Assembly: GCA_964391445.1 (NCBI GenBank)
Contig: CAYMJZ010000001.1
Location: 1 to 26,554, forward strand
Direction: 5' to 3'
Length of the DNA: 26,554 bases
Source: Candidatus Woesearchaeota archaeon
GTDB taxonomy: Archaea > Nanobdellota > Nanobdellia > Pacearchaeales > GW2011-AR1
Shown here: one piece after another, positions 8,452-15,794 of the stretch
How the letters are laid out: each line of letters opens with the position of its first letter
Position numbering within the stretch: the first letter of the stretch is position 1
The notes under the pieces: generated by a model
The model's input: only the letters and a program-made list of their open reading frames with translations
Databases searched by the model: none
What the model was told of the DNA's origin: nothing
Program-made: the position numbers and the translations under genes

Positions 8452-10798
8452 CTTCTTTATGAGACTGCATTAAGCTATTTATTATTTGTTGTGCCAAATC
8501 TAAAAATTCAGATGATTCAGTTTCAGATTGAGATAATCTTTGCAATGTCTCTATAAAAGTGATGGAAGAATCTGAAATTTTTTGTTTCAGCTTAAGTCTT
8601 TTTAGTATTTCAAAACACTTTACTAAAAGAAAGTCTTGAAAAGTCTTTGATTTCATTCCAACTAATCTTTTTTCTGTACCCATTTCCCTAATTTTTTTAG
8701 CTTCCTTACTACGCGCATTAATCCAAATTATTGCTGGAGGAATATTAAGCCAAAATGGTTCTGAATCAATGATTGTAGGATAAGATTCACCTGCAGGAAT
8801 AGTTCTTTGATTTTCAGGCCAGTTTTCTCTTCCAGGGGCTATATCTCCACAAAACATTATCAAAGGAATATCAGAACTATTTTTATCTTCTGTTTTTTCT
8901 TTTCCAACTTTTAATAGTATTTTTTTAAAATCTTCTTCTCCTTCGCCATATCTTATTCTTATAGTTGCAATACCTTCCTGAGTTCCAGCAATAAACGTAC
9001 CAGATCGATTTATTTTACCCATCCCTTCCTCATCAATAGAAGTCTCAAAAAAAACATTTTCTTTCATTTGACCATCTTCAGTAATTCCTATGATATTTAT
9101 ATCAAATCTCTCTCCTTGTTTAATTAACCTATTTTCGTAATTAACTTGAATATCCTTCAGTTTAACAATATGCACCTCCACCTTATTAGATTTTATCTTA
9201 GCATCTCTGGTTTCTAGGTGGGCTTTTGTTATACCATCTTGCTCACCCTTAATTGAATTTCTAGTTATCAAATCAACAATGTCTCTTTCAGAGTTAATAA
9301 AAAATGGTGGCAGGGATTTCAAGGGAAGTCTCTTTTCTTTATCTAATTCATATCCCTTAATAATAATTGGAACATTTACACCATGAGCTATTTTTAATAC
9401 CTGAGTTTCTTTAGATTCTAAGATTATTTCATCCAATCTTTGACCCCATTTAATATTTATTTCTCTTTTTCTTTGAGAATTATTTTCTCCATCATTTAGA
9501 TTGTTTTCGTTATTTTGTTCTAAAAATTTAGACATTAATTCCCTAATTTTGTCAAGTGCCTTTGAAGCTTTTAATTTATCTTCACTAGACTCCTTCTCTG
9601 ATTGTAGTTCCTGAATATTGGAGATTACCTCGTTTAACATTTTAATAGTCCAGTGACGAAGAGCCCTAGTTAAAGCTGAATCTACTAATGTCATTCTAGT
9701 AGAGCCATCCTGATATTCCTCGGTTAATGCTGCACAAACAAGTTTGGCATGTATAAAACCAGACATAGTAGTAGGAGCCAGGTCAGCAATACTCCAATTG
9801 GCCACAATATTTCGATTATTCCATATTCGGACCACATTTCTAGCCTTTAATGTATCTGTGTTTCGTAAATTTTGATTGCAAGGAAAAATCTGTAATCCAT
9901 CTTTGTCAGTTACATTCAGCTTGATAATCTCTCCAGTTGTAGGATCCTCCAACTCATTTGGTAGTTGCAAAAACTTGATCTCTTTTAATTCAGACATAGG
10001 TTCTAATTCGGTAACTTCTAAAGGTTTGGGATAAACAAGTTTGCTCCCTTTTTGAACCCAAACAAAGCAGGTTTCAATAGTGAGAGAAGCTTGTGCATGA
10101 GACATTAAATCTGCAGGAACCATTCTTATTTTCCTGTCTCTAGTAAACTCATCTACTTTCTTCCAGTCCTTTAAGTCATACAAATGAACTAATGTAAATG
10201 ACTTTCTTTTTAGAAAAGAATTTTTAGCATCTAATGGAAGTTGATCAAAACTTATGCCAAATGGTTCTATCTCTTTATTCAAAACTTTTTTGAAATCTTC
10301 ATCCTTTAGATCACTTATTAAATCTTTATCTTTTGTTTTAAAAGTTACTGTTTTATATTTAAGATCTTTAAGATCGTTAATAAAACCTTTTTTGTTTATC
10401 TTTCCATTAATATAACCGCATAGACTAGATTTCTTTAAACAGCCCCTTACCATAAAAGATTTACCTCCGTTTCCAAAACCAGCTTCAATATTTTCAGACA
10501 TTTCCTTTCTATTTGCAGTTTGACTATTCCATTCTTCCCATCCATCAAAGTCAGAAAGCTGAGCACCAGCAAAATCAAGAACTCCTAATTGAGTTTTATC
10601 TTCAGAAATAATAACTACAATTTGCCTTTCATTCTTATCTTTTACGTTAAGTCTAAAATAGTGATCCTTACTGTTTTTTATTAATTCTGGTAAACCATCT
10701 TTTATAGATTGATATCTGGAAGATAATTGATCTAAACCATGAATCATATTCATTTTTATTGTTTCAGAAGCCTTAAAATCAATTTCCTTAGCAGTCAT
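8441..10798 (-). CDS. GHKL (MORC/MutL/Hsp90-like) ATPase with coiled coil and two Ig-like (Big_2-type) repeats
   Basis: N-box ELIKNSKD, divergent G1 VLDFAG, G2 AGFGNGGKS, and a strand FTLVHL at the motif IV position. Coiled coil at about aa 390-430. Ig-like segments ..IKGEQDGITKAHL.. and ..INRSGTFIAGTQEGIATIRIRY.. Confidence 0.75.
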   Translation of the reverse strand: MTAKEIDFKASETIKMNMIHGLDQLSSRYQSIKDGLPELIKNSKDHYFRLNVKDKNERQIVVIISEDKTQLGVLDFAGAQLSDFDGWEEWNSQTANRKEMSENIEAGFGNGGKSFMVRGCLKKSSLCGYINGKINKKGFINDLKDLKYKTVTFKTKDKDLISDLKDEDFKKVLNKEIEPFGISFDQLPLDAKNSFLKRKSFTLVHLYDLKDWKKVDEFTRDRKIRMVPADLMSHAQASLTIETCFVWVQKGSKLVYPKPLEVTELEPMSELKEIKFLQLPNELEDPTTGEIIKLNVTDKDGLQIFPCNQNLRNTDTLKARNVVRIWNNRNIVANWSIADLAPTTMSGFIHAKLVCAALTEEYQDGSTRMTLVDSALTRALRHWTIKMLNEVISNIQELQSEKESSEDKLKASKALDKIRELMSKFLEQNNENNLNDGENNSQRKREINIKWGQRLDEIILESKETQVLKIAHGVNVPIIIKGYELDKEKRLPLKSLPPFFINSERDIVDLITRNSIKGEQDGITKAHLETRDAKIKSNKVEVHIVKLKDIQVNYENRLIKQGERFDINIIGITEDGQMKENVFFETSIDEEGMGKINRSGTFIAGTQEGIATIRIRYGEGEEDFKKILLKVGKEKTEDKNSSDIPLIMFCGDIAPGRENWPENQRTIPAGESYPTIIDSEPFWLNIPPAIIWINARSKEAKKIREMGTEKRLVGMKSKTFQDFLLVKCFEILKRLKLKQKISDSSITFIETLQRLSQSETESSEFLDLAQQIINSLMQSHKEDEY

Positions 10799-11766
10799 TC
10801 TATATCTCCTATAATCGTATAATCATTGCGTTTATTTTTTATAATCCCAATTTCACGAAGTAAAGAGATTTTTCCAGAACTAAATGTTTGTGCTAAATTG
10901 TTTATCTGTTTTTCAAAAGCTTTAGGATTATCTTTTTTACCACTCCATGCTTCAATATACTTGATAAAAGAAGGATTCTTTTTGAACCAAGCCCATAAAT
11001 CTTTGTTGCCATTATTTCCATTTTTAATGAAAAAGAATATTTCCTTTAATAAAGTATATTCTTTAAAACCTTTTTTGTCTATTTCTCTTAAATATTGAAG
11101 TAACCATTCACTTTCAACAACTGTTAAAGTCTGATCTTCATAATTCTTTTCATCAAAAACTTTGTTAGACAATCTAGAAAAGGCTAATCCTTCTTCAGTA
11201 GGGCGTATAAGAATATTCTTCCAATCTTCACTCCAAATTTTTTCTCCTTCCATTTTCTTTAGAGGCTTTATCTCAAATAATCCCATTTTATGAAATCCAT
11301 CTATAAAATGATAGACGAGTCTACCAACAGATGAGTCAGCAGTTACATCATTTGGAAAACCCTTAAGTTTGGTGAGTTTATTGTAAAGAATCGTATTTTT
11401 AGCGCATTCTATGAGGTCGAATAAGGAAATATAATCTTTCTTAGTTTCATTTAGTAGATTAGCATTTATTCTAAGCAAAGCTTTTCCAGAAAAAAAGTCA
11501 TTGACCATTCCCCATAAACCAACTATGCTAGTTTCATGATCAGAGATCACCTTTCCCTTTGATAACTTAAGATATGAAGGAATTATTAAATAATCATTCT
11601 TAGATAATTCTTTTGAACCTACATTATCAATTTTAGGAAGAGAATCATTTGTAAACATATGCTTCCCAAAACCGCACAAAGGGCATCTTTCAGAATTTTT
11701 TTGAAAATCAAACTCTGTATTACAGCGACCACATTTCACTCTGTTTTCTTTAGAAAATAATGCCAT
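10795..11766 (-). CDS. Zn-ribbon plus tandem winged-helix-like protein
   Basis: CGRC-x12-CPLC at the N-terminus. Two wHTH-like endings (FHKMGLFEI..IRPTEEGLAF; LLREIGIIKNKRNDYTIIG). ATGA overlap with the GHKL gene. Confidence 0.6.
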   Translation of the reverse strand: MALFSKENRVKCGRCNTEFDFQKNSERCPLCGFGKHMFTNDSLPKIDNVGSKELSKNDYLIIPSYLKLSKGKVISDHETSIVGLWGMVNDFFSGKALLRINANLLNETKKDYISLFDLIECAKNTILYNKLTKLKGFPNDVTADSSVGRLVYHFIDGFHKMGLFEIKPLKKMEGEKIWSEDWKNILIRPTEEGLAFSRLSNKVFDEKNYEDQTLTVVESEWLLQYLREIDKKGFKEYTLLKEIFFFIKNGNNGNKDLWAWFKKNPSFIKYIEAWSGKKDNPKAFEKQINNLAQTFSSGKISLLREIGIIKNKRNDYTIIGDIE

Positions 11767-11785
11767 AGGTTAAGTATTTTGAGTT

Positions 11786-11819
11786 ATATGTTAAACATAT
11801 AGCAATATATTCAACATAT
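11786..11819. promoter_or_regulatory. Tandem 15-bp palindromic operator-like sites overlapping the promoter of the GHKL operon
   Basis: ATATGTT-A-AACATAT (11786-11800, perfect) and ATATATT-C-AACATAT (11805-11819, one mismatch). The minus-strand TATA-like TTTAACAT at 11795..11788 sits at -29..-22 from ATG 11766. Confidence 0.65.
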
Positions 11820-11904
11820 TAGTATTTAAACTTTGTTCCTAAAGATTTATCTCTCTTAAAGAGTAAAATGGGAAAAGATTAGACATTTCAAAAGAATTGT
11901 TAAA

Positions 11905-13107
11905 TCAATTTTGAGAAATAGTTTTTAATTGCATGGCTATCTCAACTCTTTTTTCATAAGGAACTATGGAAAATAATTTATCGATCATTTTTTCTACTAT
12001 TCTTATTTTATTGTTTAAATCTTTAATTTCATCTTGCATTATTAACTTTTCATTCTCTGATTTTGTAAGTCTTTGTTCTATTTCCGTCTTAGTGATATCC
12101 ATTAACATATCCTCTTGTGAAATTGTGTCTCGCATGCCTAGAAGTTCAGAGTAATAATGGATTTTCTCAGACTTTTTCCATCCAAACCTATATTTTAATG
12201 CAGATTCTGACTTATATCTAGGTAACCAATAACAGCAGGAATTATGCCTAAAATCATACATAGTTAATTCAGAGTATCTCTGACCAGCTGGACTAATTTT
12301 ATCTCCAAAAAGCTTTTTAGCAAGCCTCTTTAATGTTTTATTAACACTATCATAATTAATAGGAAAAATGTAATCTTCGGCCTGTAAATTCATTTGTTTC
12401 ACATAGATTTTAATTAAATTAGAAGAAAGCATAAGCTTAATTCTTCTGCCAAATGTTTTACTTATTTCCTCCCTGATATTAAGTTCTTTAAAATCATTAT
12501 AAAAATCAGATACTTTTAAGTTTATCAATTCAGTTGGAGCTCTTACTCCCGTATCAAACAAAAACCAAATTAAAACTTCATACTTATACTCCGCATTAAC
12601 ACAAAGTTGCTTTATTTGGTCTTCTGTTAAATATACCCAGTCAGGCTTTTCCTTACTCGTATCTAGATCAACAGTAATATCCCTTATATCAACACCCTTT
12701 TTACGATTAACTTTCATGTACCAATGCCAAAAAGCTTTGAAATCTTTTACATAATCTCCTGCGGTTTTGTAAGTTTTACCGTTTTTTCTTTTTACAACCC
12801 CATTACGAATATCTGAAAGTAAAGCAAATAAATGTTGCTCTTCCAATTCAGTAATATTAAGATGAAATCTTTCCTGTAATCCTCTAACAAGACCTACTAA
12901 ACGTATACTTAATGTGCTTAAACGCATAGGACTTCTTCCGCCTTTTTTATTAGTTGAAGCTACATTAAGCCCTTGTTCCATATCTTGAAGGTATTGCATA
13001 ATAATTTGAGAATTGGCGCGTGTCAAGCCTGAAATGCCGTTTTCTAAGGCTTTGTCTTTCCACTTTAGATATTTCTCTTTAGTTTTGTAAGGATCGATCT
13101 TAACCAT
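11905..13107 (-). CDS. Tyrosine recombinase/integrase with C-terminal coiled coil
   Basis: Catalytic set: R in FDTGVRAPTEL, K in SKTFGR, YDFRH (YxxR variant of HxxR), W in RFGW, and Y in IHYY. Confidence 0.9.
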   Translation of the reverse strand: MVKIDPYKTKEKYLKWKDKALENGISGLTRANSQIIMQYLQDMEQGLNVASTNKKGGRSPMRLSTLSIRLVGLVRGLQERFHLNITELEEQHLFALLSDIRNGVVKRKNGKTYKTAGDYVKDFKAFWHWYMKVNRKKGVDIRDITVDLDTSKEKPDWVYLTEDQIKQLCVNAEYKYEVLIWFLFDTGVRAPTELINLKVSDFYNDFKELNIREEISKTFGRRIKLMLSSNLIKIYVKQMNLQAEDYIFPINYDSVNKTLKRLAKKLFGDKISPAGQRYSELTMYDFRHNSCCYWLPRYKSESALKYRFGWKKSEKIHYYSELLGMRDTISQEDMLMDITKTEIEQRLTKSENEKLIMQDEIKDLNNKIRIVEKMIDKLFSIVPYEKRVEIAMQLKTISQN

Positions 13108-13223
13108 CGACAGAATGTTTGATCTAATTTATTTTTAAGTATTGTCGAGAATGATTGGATGTATTGACAAGCATCAGTTCGCTTTATTAGCCTACTTCAC
13201 ATGATTTGGATCATACAACAATA

Positions 13224-13351
13224 TGCGCGGGCCGGGAATTGAACCCGGGCCACAACATCTTTGCTTTTCTCTCTTCTGTAAAGCGAAGAGTTGGAAATTC
13301 TTCAATTTCCAGATTGGCAATGTCGTATACTAACCACTATACTACCCGCGC
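13224..13351 (-). tRNA. tRNA-Gly(GCC) with 56-nt intron at 37/38 (intron 13259-13314)
   Basis: Acceptor stem GCGCGGG/CCCGCGC plus A73; anticodon stem CGACA/TGTTG with loop TT-GCC-A|A; T arm CCGGG-TTCAATT-CCCGG; 4-nt variable loop. No encoded CCA. Confidence 0.95.
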
Positions 13352-13369
13352 TTAAAAGATACTGGACTG

Positions 13370-13388
13370 AAAGGTTTTATAAAGCTTT
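13370..13388. promoter_or_regulatory. Palindromic TATA box probably shared by the divergent tRNA-Gly and tRNA-Val genes
   Basis: AAAGGT-TTTATAAA-GCTTT, with a self-complementary TTTATAAA core at 13376-13383 and purine-rich BRE-like flanks on both strands. Confidence 0.55.
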
Positions 13389-13412
13389 ATTTTGATTTCA
13401 ATTATGAGATAC

Positions 13413-13513
13413 GGCCCACTAGTCTAATGGTAGAACATCTCGTTTACATGGACTTTTGTTAATACAAAACCCTAAAACCCGAGGAGGCGGAGGTTCGATT
13501 CCTCCGTGGGCCA
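13413..13513 (+). tRNA. tRNA-Val(TAC) with 30-nt intron at 37/38 (intron 13449-13478)
   Basis: Acceptor stem GGCCCAC/GTGGGCC plus A73; anticodon stem TCTCG/CGAGG with loop TT-TAC-A|C; T arm GGAGG-TTCGATT-CCTCC. BHB: TTTA pairs with TAAA, bulges CA|T and AC|C, outer pairs GG/CC. Confidence 0.95.
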
Positions 13514-13573
13514 TTTCAAACTCCGTAGCGAGCTTCCGAGCATGTTGAGGAGAGCGAGCAAGAGAGGTTGAAA
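13514..13573. repeat. 60-bp inverted-repeat-bounded GC-rich element directly after tRNA-Val
   Basis: Arms TTTCAAACTC (13514-13523) and GAGGTTGAAA (13564-13573) are 9/10 complementary. The interior holds two AGCGAGC copies. Confidence 0.4.
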
Positions 13574-13581
13574 TTAATATT

Positions 13582-13818
13582 ATGAAAAAAGAAATCTGGT
13601 TTAAAAGAAAAAGATATGGTTGGGGATGGTATCCGTCAACATGGCAAGGTTGGATGGTTATTCTAGGATTCCTAATATACTTATTATTAGCAATTAGTTA
13701 TTTCATTCCAAAAAATCAAATATGGCAATATATCCTTACAGTAATTATAGGCGTAATAATTTTAATCTATATTTGTTACAAAAAAGGCGAAAAACCAAAA
13801 TGGTCTTGGGGAGATTAG
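13582..13818 (+). CDS. Small two-TM membrane protein (WFKRKRYGWGWYPSTWQGW motif)
   Basis: Trp/Gly-rich N-terminal motif that I recognise from a widespread uncharacterised family, followed by two hydrophobic helices. Confidence 0.8.
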   Translation: MKKEIWFKRKRYGWGWYPSTWQGWMVILGFLIYLLLAISYFIPKNQIWQYILTVIIGVIILIYICYKKGEKPKWSWGD

Positions 13819-14120
13819 GCTACTTTTAGCCTTAAATCTGATATTTTCTTTTTTAGCCTAGCCTTCTCATCTCCATTTTCAAATGATTCTCTTCTTGTAT
13901 AGAATCTAGGACCTGAGTCAAAAATAATTCTTGTTCCTTTATCATCTGTAATCATTAACTTATATCCGTGTCTTATTTTTCCATCTGTTTGTTCATATAA
14001 ACTGAAAGAAATAGACGATCTTCTAAGCCCATAAGTAGGGCTAAACAAAACAAGCCTATCTCCATTCGAACTAAAGCATTTTCCTATTGTTTCTCTCTGA
14101 ATTTCCATTGGGTCGTACAT
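13815..14120 (-). CDS. Hypothetical protein (101 aa)
   Basis: Start moved from GTG 14141 to ATG 14120 because CTTAAATA lies at 14149..14142 (-29..-22). Confidence 0.6.
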   Translation of the reverse strand: MYDPMEIQRETIGKCFSSNGDRLVLFSPTYGLRRSSISFSLYEQTDGKIRHGYKLMITDDKGTRIIFDSGPRFYTRRESFENGDEKARLKKKISDLRLKVA

Positions 14121-14238
14121 GGGATAACTGTAAAGTAACACTATTTAAGGCTTTTTTAATTCACTCTTATGAGTAAATAACCCCTTGATAATAGTTACAA
14201 TTAGGAAGATTTATATATGGATAAAAAATCATAATTTT

Positions 14239-14727
14239 ATGAGAAAAACATTGTTTGCAATATTGATGGTACTGGAATTAATACTAATATTTAGCTTGGG
14301 CTTTATATCTTCAATAGTGATCTATCAAAATAGCCTAGCAGAATTTCCCCTTTCTATAAACAGTCATGAGGAGGCCTCACCTTCTAATTATGTTGATGAA
14401 AAAAGCATCCTAGTATACAAAGACAGAGTAGTAATACTTTTGGATAATCCTTCATTAAGTAAATATGCTGATACAAATAGCATGTTGCCAGTTTTAGATG
14501 CTGGAGCCAATGGGATAAAAGTAATACCAAAAAATGAGAAAGATATCAGAATAGGAGACATAGTATCATTTGAATTTGAAGATAAAATGGTAGTTCATAG
14601 AGTAGTAAGTATTGGGGAAGATAGTGATGGAACTTACTTCATCACTAAAGGAGACAATAACCAATATCAAGATGAGAAAATAAGATTCAAAGACATAAAG
14701 TCAAAAACTATTGCAATAATATACTAA
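14239..14727 (+). CDS. Signal peptidase I, archaeal/SEC11 type (S26)
   Basis: TM anchor, catalytic Ser in TNSMLP, GDIVSF, His in VVHRVV, and TKGDNN. Start moved to ATG 14239 (TTTATATA at 14210-14217). Confidence 0.85.
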   Translation: MRKTLFAILMVLELILIFSLGFISSIVIYQNSLAEFPLSINSHEEASPSNYVDEKSILVYKDRVVILLDNPSLSKYADTNSMLPVLDAGANGIKVIPKNEKDIRIGDIVSFEFEDKMVVHRVVSIGEDSDGTYFITKGDNNQYQDEKIRFKDIKSKTIAIIY

Positions 14728-14765
14728 TTCTCAAGGCTTAAATAACAAAAACATCTAGATAAAAC

Positions 14766-15347
14766 ATGGACTTTGAAAAGAAATTAAAGATTCTAAACCC
14801 TGAAGTTAAGAAAAATATCTCAAAGTTAATAAAAGAAATAGAAAAAAACATAGATTATCTTTACGACTTAGCAACAATAGATGAAAAAACTGAGGTTTAC
14901 AACAATAAATTCTTCAGAACAATTTCTGAAATGGAGCTAGATAAAGCAAAAAGAGGAATTGAGCCATTGAGTCTAATGATAATAGATTTAGATAATTTCA
15001 AAAAGTTAAATGATACTTACGGACACCTAGTGGGAGATAAAATGCTCAAAAGACTAGGTTTTGTATTGAAAGAAAATACTCGAAAATATGATATTGTTTC
15101 TAGATTTGGAGGTGAAGAGTTTGTTATTCTCTTACCCAATACAAACATAAAAAGAGCAAGAATAATTTGCGAAAGACTAAGAAAGAAAGTTCAAGCAGAT
15201 AATGAAATGGGTAAATATTCAGTAACCTTCTCTGGAGGCCTAACTGAATATAAAAAAGGCGACAGTGTTAAAAAAATGCAATTAAGAGCAGATAAGGCAG
15301 TTTATATTGCAAAAAAGAAAGGAAAAAATAGAATAGAAGTTTTATAA
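14766..15347 (+). CDS. Stand-alone GGDEF-domain diguanylate cyclase
   Basis: DEKTEVYN, IIDLDNFKKLNDTYGHLVGD, I-site RKYD five residues before the active site GGEEF, SGG and ADKAVYIAKKKGKN. TATA CTTAAATA at 14737-14744. Confidence 0.93.
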   Translation: MDFEKKLKILNPEVKKNISKLIKEIEKNIDYLYDLATIDEKTEVYNNKFFRTISEMELDKAKRGIEPLSLMIIDLDNFKKLNDTYGHLVGDKMLKRLGFVLKENTRKYDIVSRFGGEEFVILLPNTNIKRARIICERLRKKVQADNEMGKYSVTFSGGLTEYKKGDSVKKMQLRADKAVYIAKKKGKNRIEVL

Positions 15348-15719
15348 CTATTTAGACAGTCTTCGGCTCAAGATAAAACCAATAATTCCCACACTTGCAA
15401 GCCCTAATAAAAGCCATTGTTTCTTATCTAATTCACCGATTTCTCTTTCGGCAGATATAAGCTCATTATTGTTTTCAGCATAAAATTCAATTTTATTCTC
15501 AGATATAGAATTTCTAGTGTTTTCAAGTGTTTTCACAAAATAATCATCAAGTTTTTCGATTTTAATCCTTCTATCCAAATAATCTATCTGGTCTTGTAAT
15601 CCTGTATAAGCTCTTACAACAGGTCTGCTTACTATTTCTCTCTTGGCAATATAATCCCTAACAACTCCAGCACCAGCTAAAATAGTTAATCCTCCTAATA
15701 AAATTTCCCTAGTCTTCAC
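15348..15719 (-). CDS. Hypothetical membrane protein (N- and C-terminal TM helices flanking a helical region)
   Basis: Two hydrophobic ends. Start moved from TTG 15731 to GTG 15719 (TTTAAGAG at 15748..15741). Confidence 0.6.
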   Translation of the reverse strand: MKTREILLGGLTILAGAGVVRDYIAKREIVSRPVVRAYTGLQDQIDYLDRRIKIEKLDDYFVKTLENTRNSISENKIEFYAENNNELISAEREIGELDKKQWLLLGLASVGIIGFILSRRLSK

Positions 15720-15794
15720 AAAAAAAGGCAAGTTTGTTATCTCTTAAACCTTTCCAAACATCGTATTTATATATACAATTTTCTTAAGAAAGGT

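Larger units (their letters stand above)
6602..13223. mobile_element. Candidate tRNA-Gly-associated genomic/defence island (left boundary undefined)
   Basis: An intact tyrosine integrase lies immediately downstream of the tRNA-Gly 3' end, followed by GHKL, wHTH and MTase cargo. No duplicated tRNA 3' end (att) was found in the intergenic regions I read. Confidence 0.5.

Noticed and set aside
6602-11766. Classical Type II/III restriction-modification system, BREX or DISARM
   Set aside because: No recognisable endonuclease, helicase Res subunit, PglZ or BrxC. Only the MTase matches, so it is kept as an unassigned candidate system.
11905-13107. SSV1-type split integrase with an internal att site
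   Set aside because: The gene is full length with all catalytic residues, and I saw no tRNA-derived sequence within it.
13107-13148. TCGACA...TGTCGA inverted repeat around the integrase promoter
   Set aside because: 6-bp arms with a 30-nt spacer; too weak to distinguish from chance.
14766-15347. Hypr-type (cGAMP-producing) or degenerate GGDEF
   Set aside because: The specificity position is Asp (GHLVGD), not Ser/Thr, and the active-site motif GGEEF is intact.
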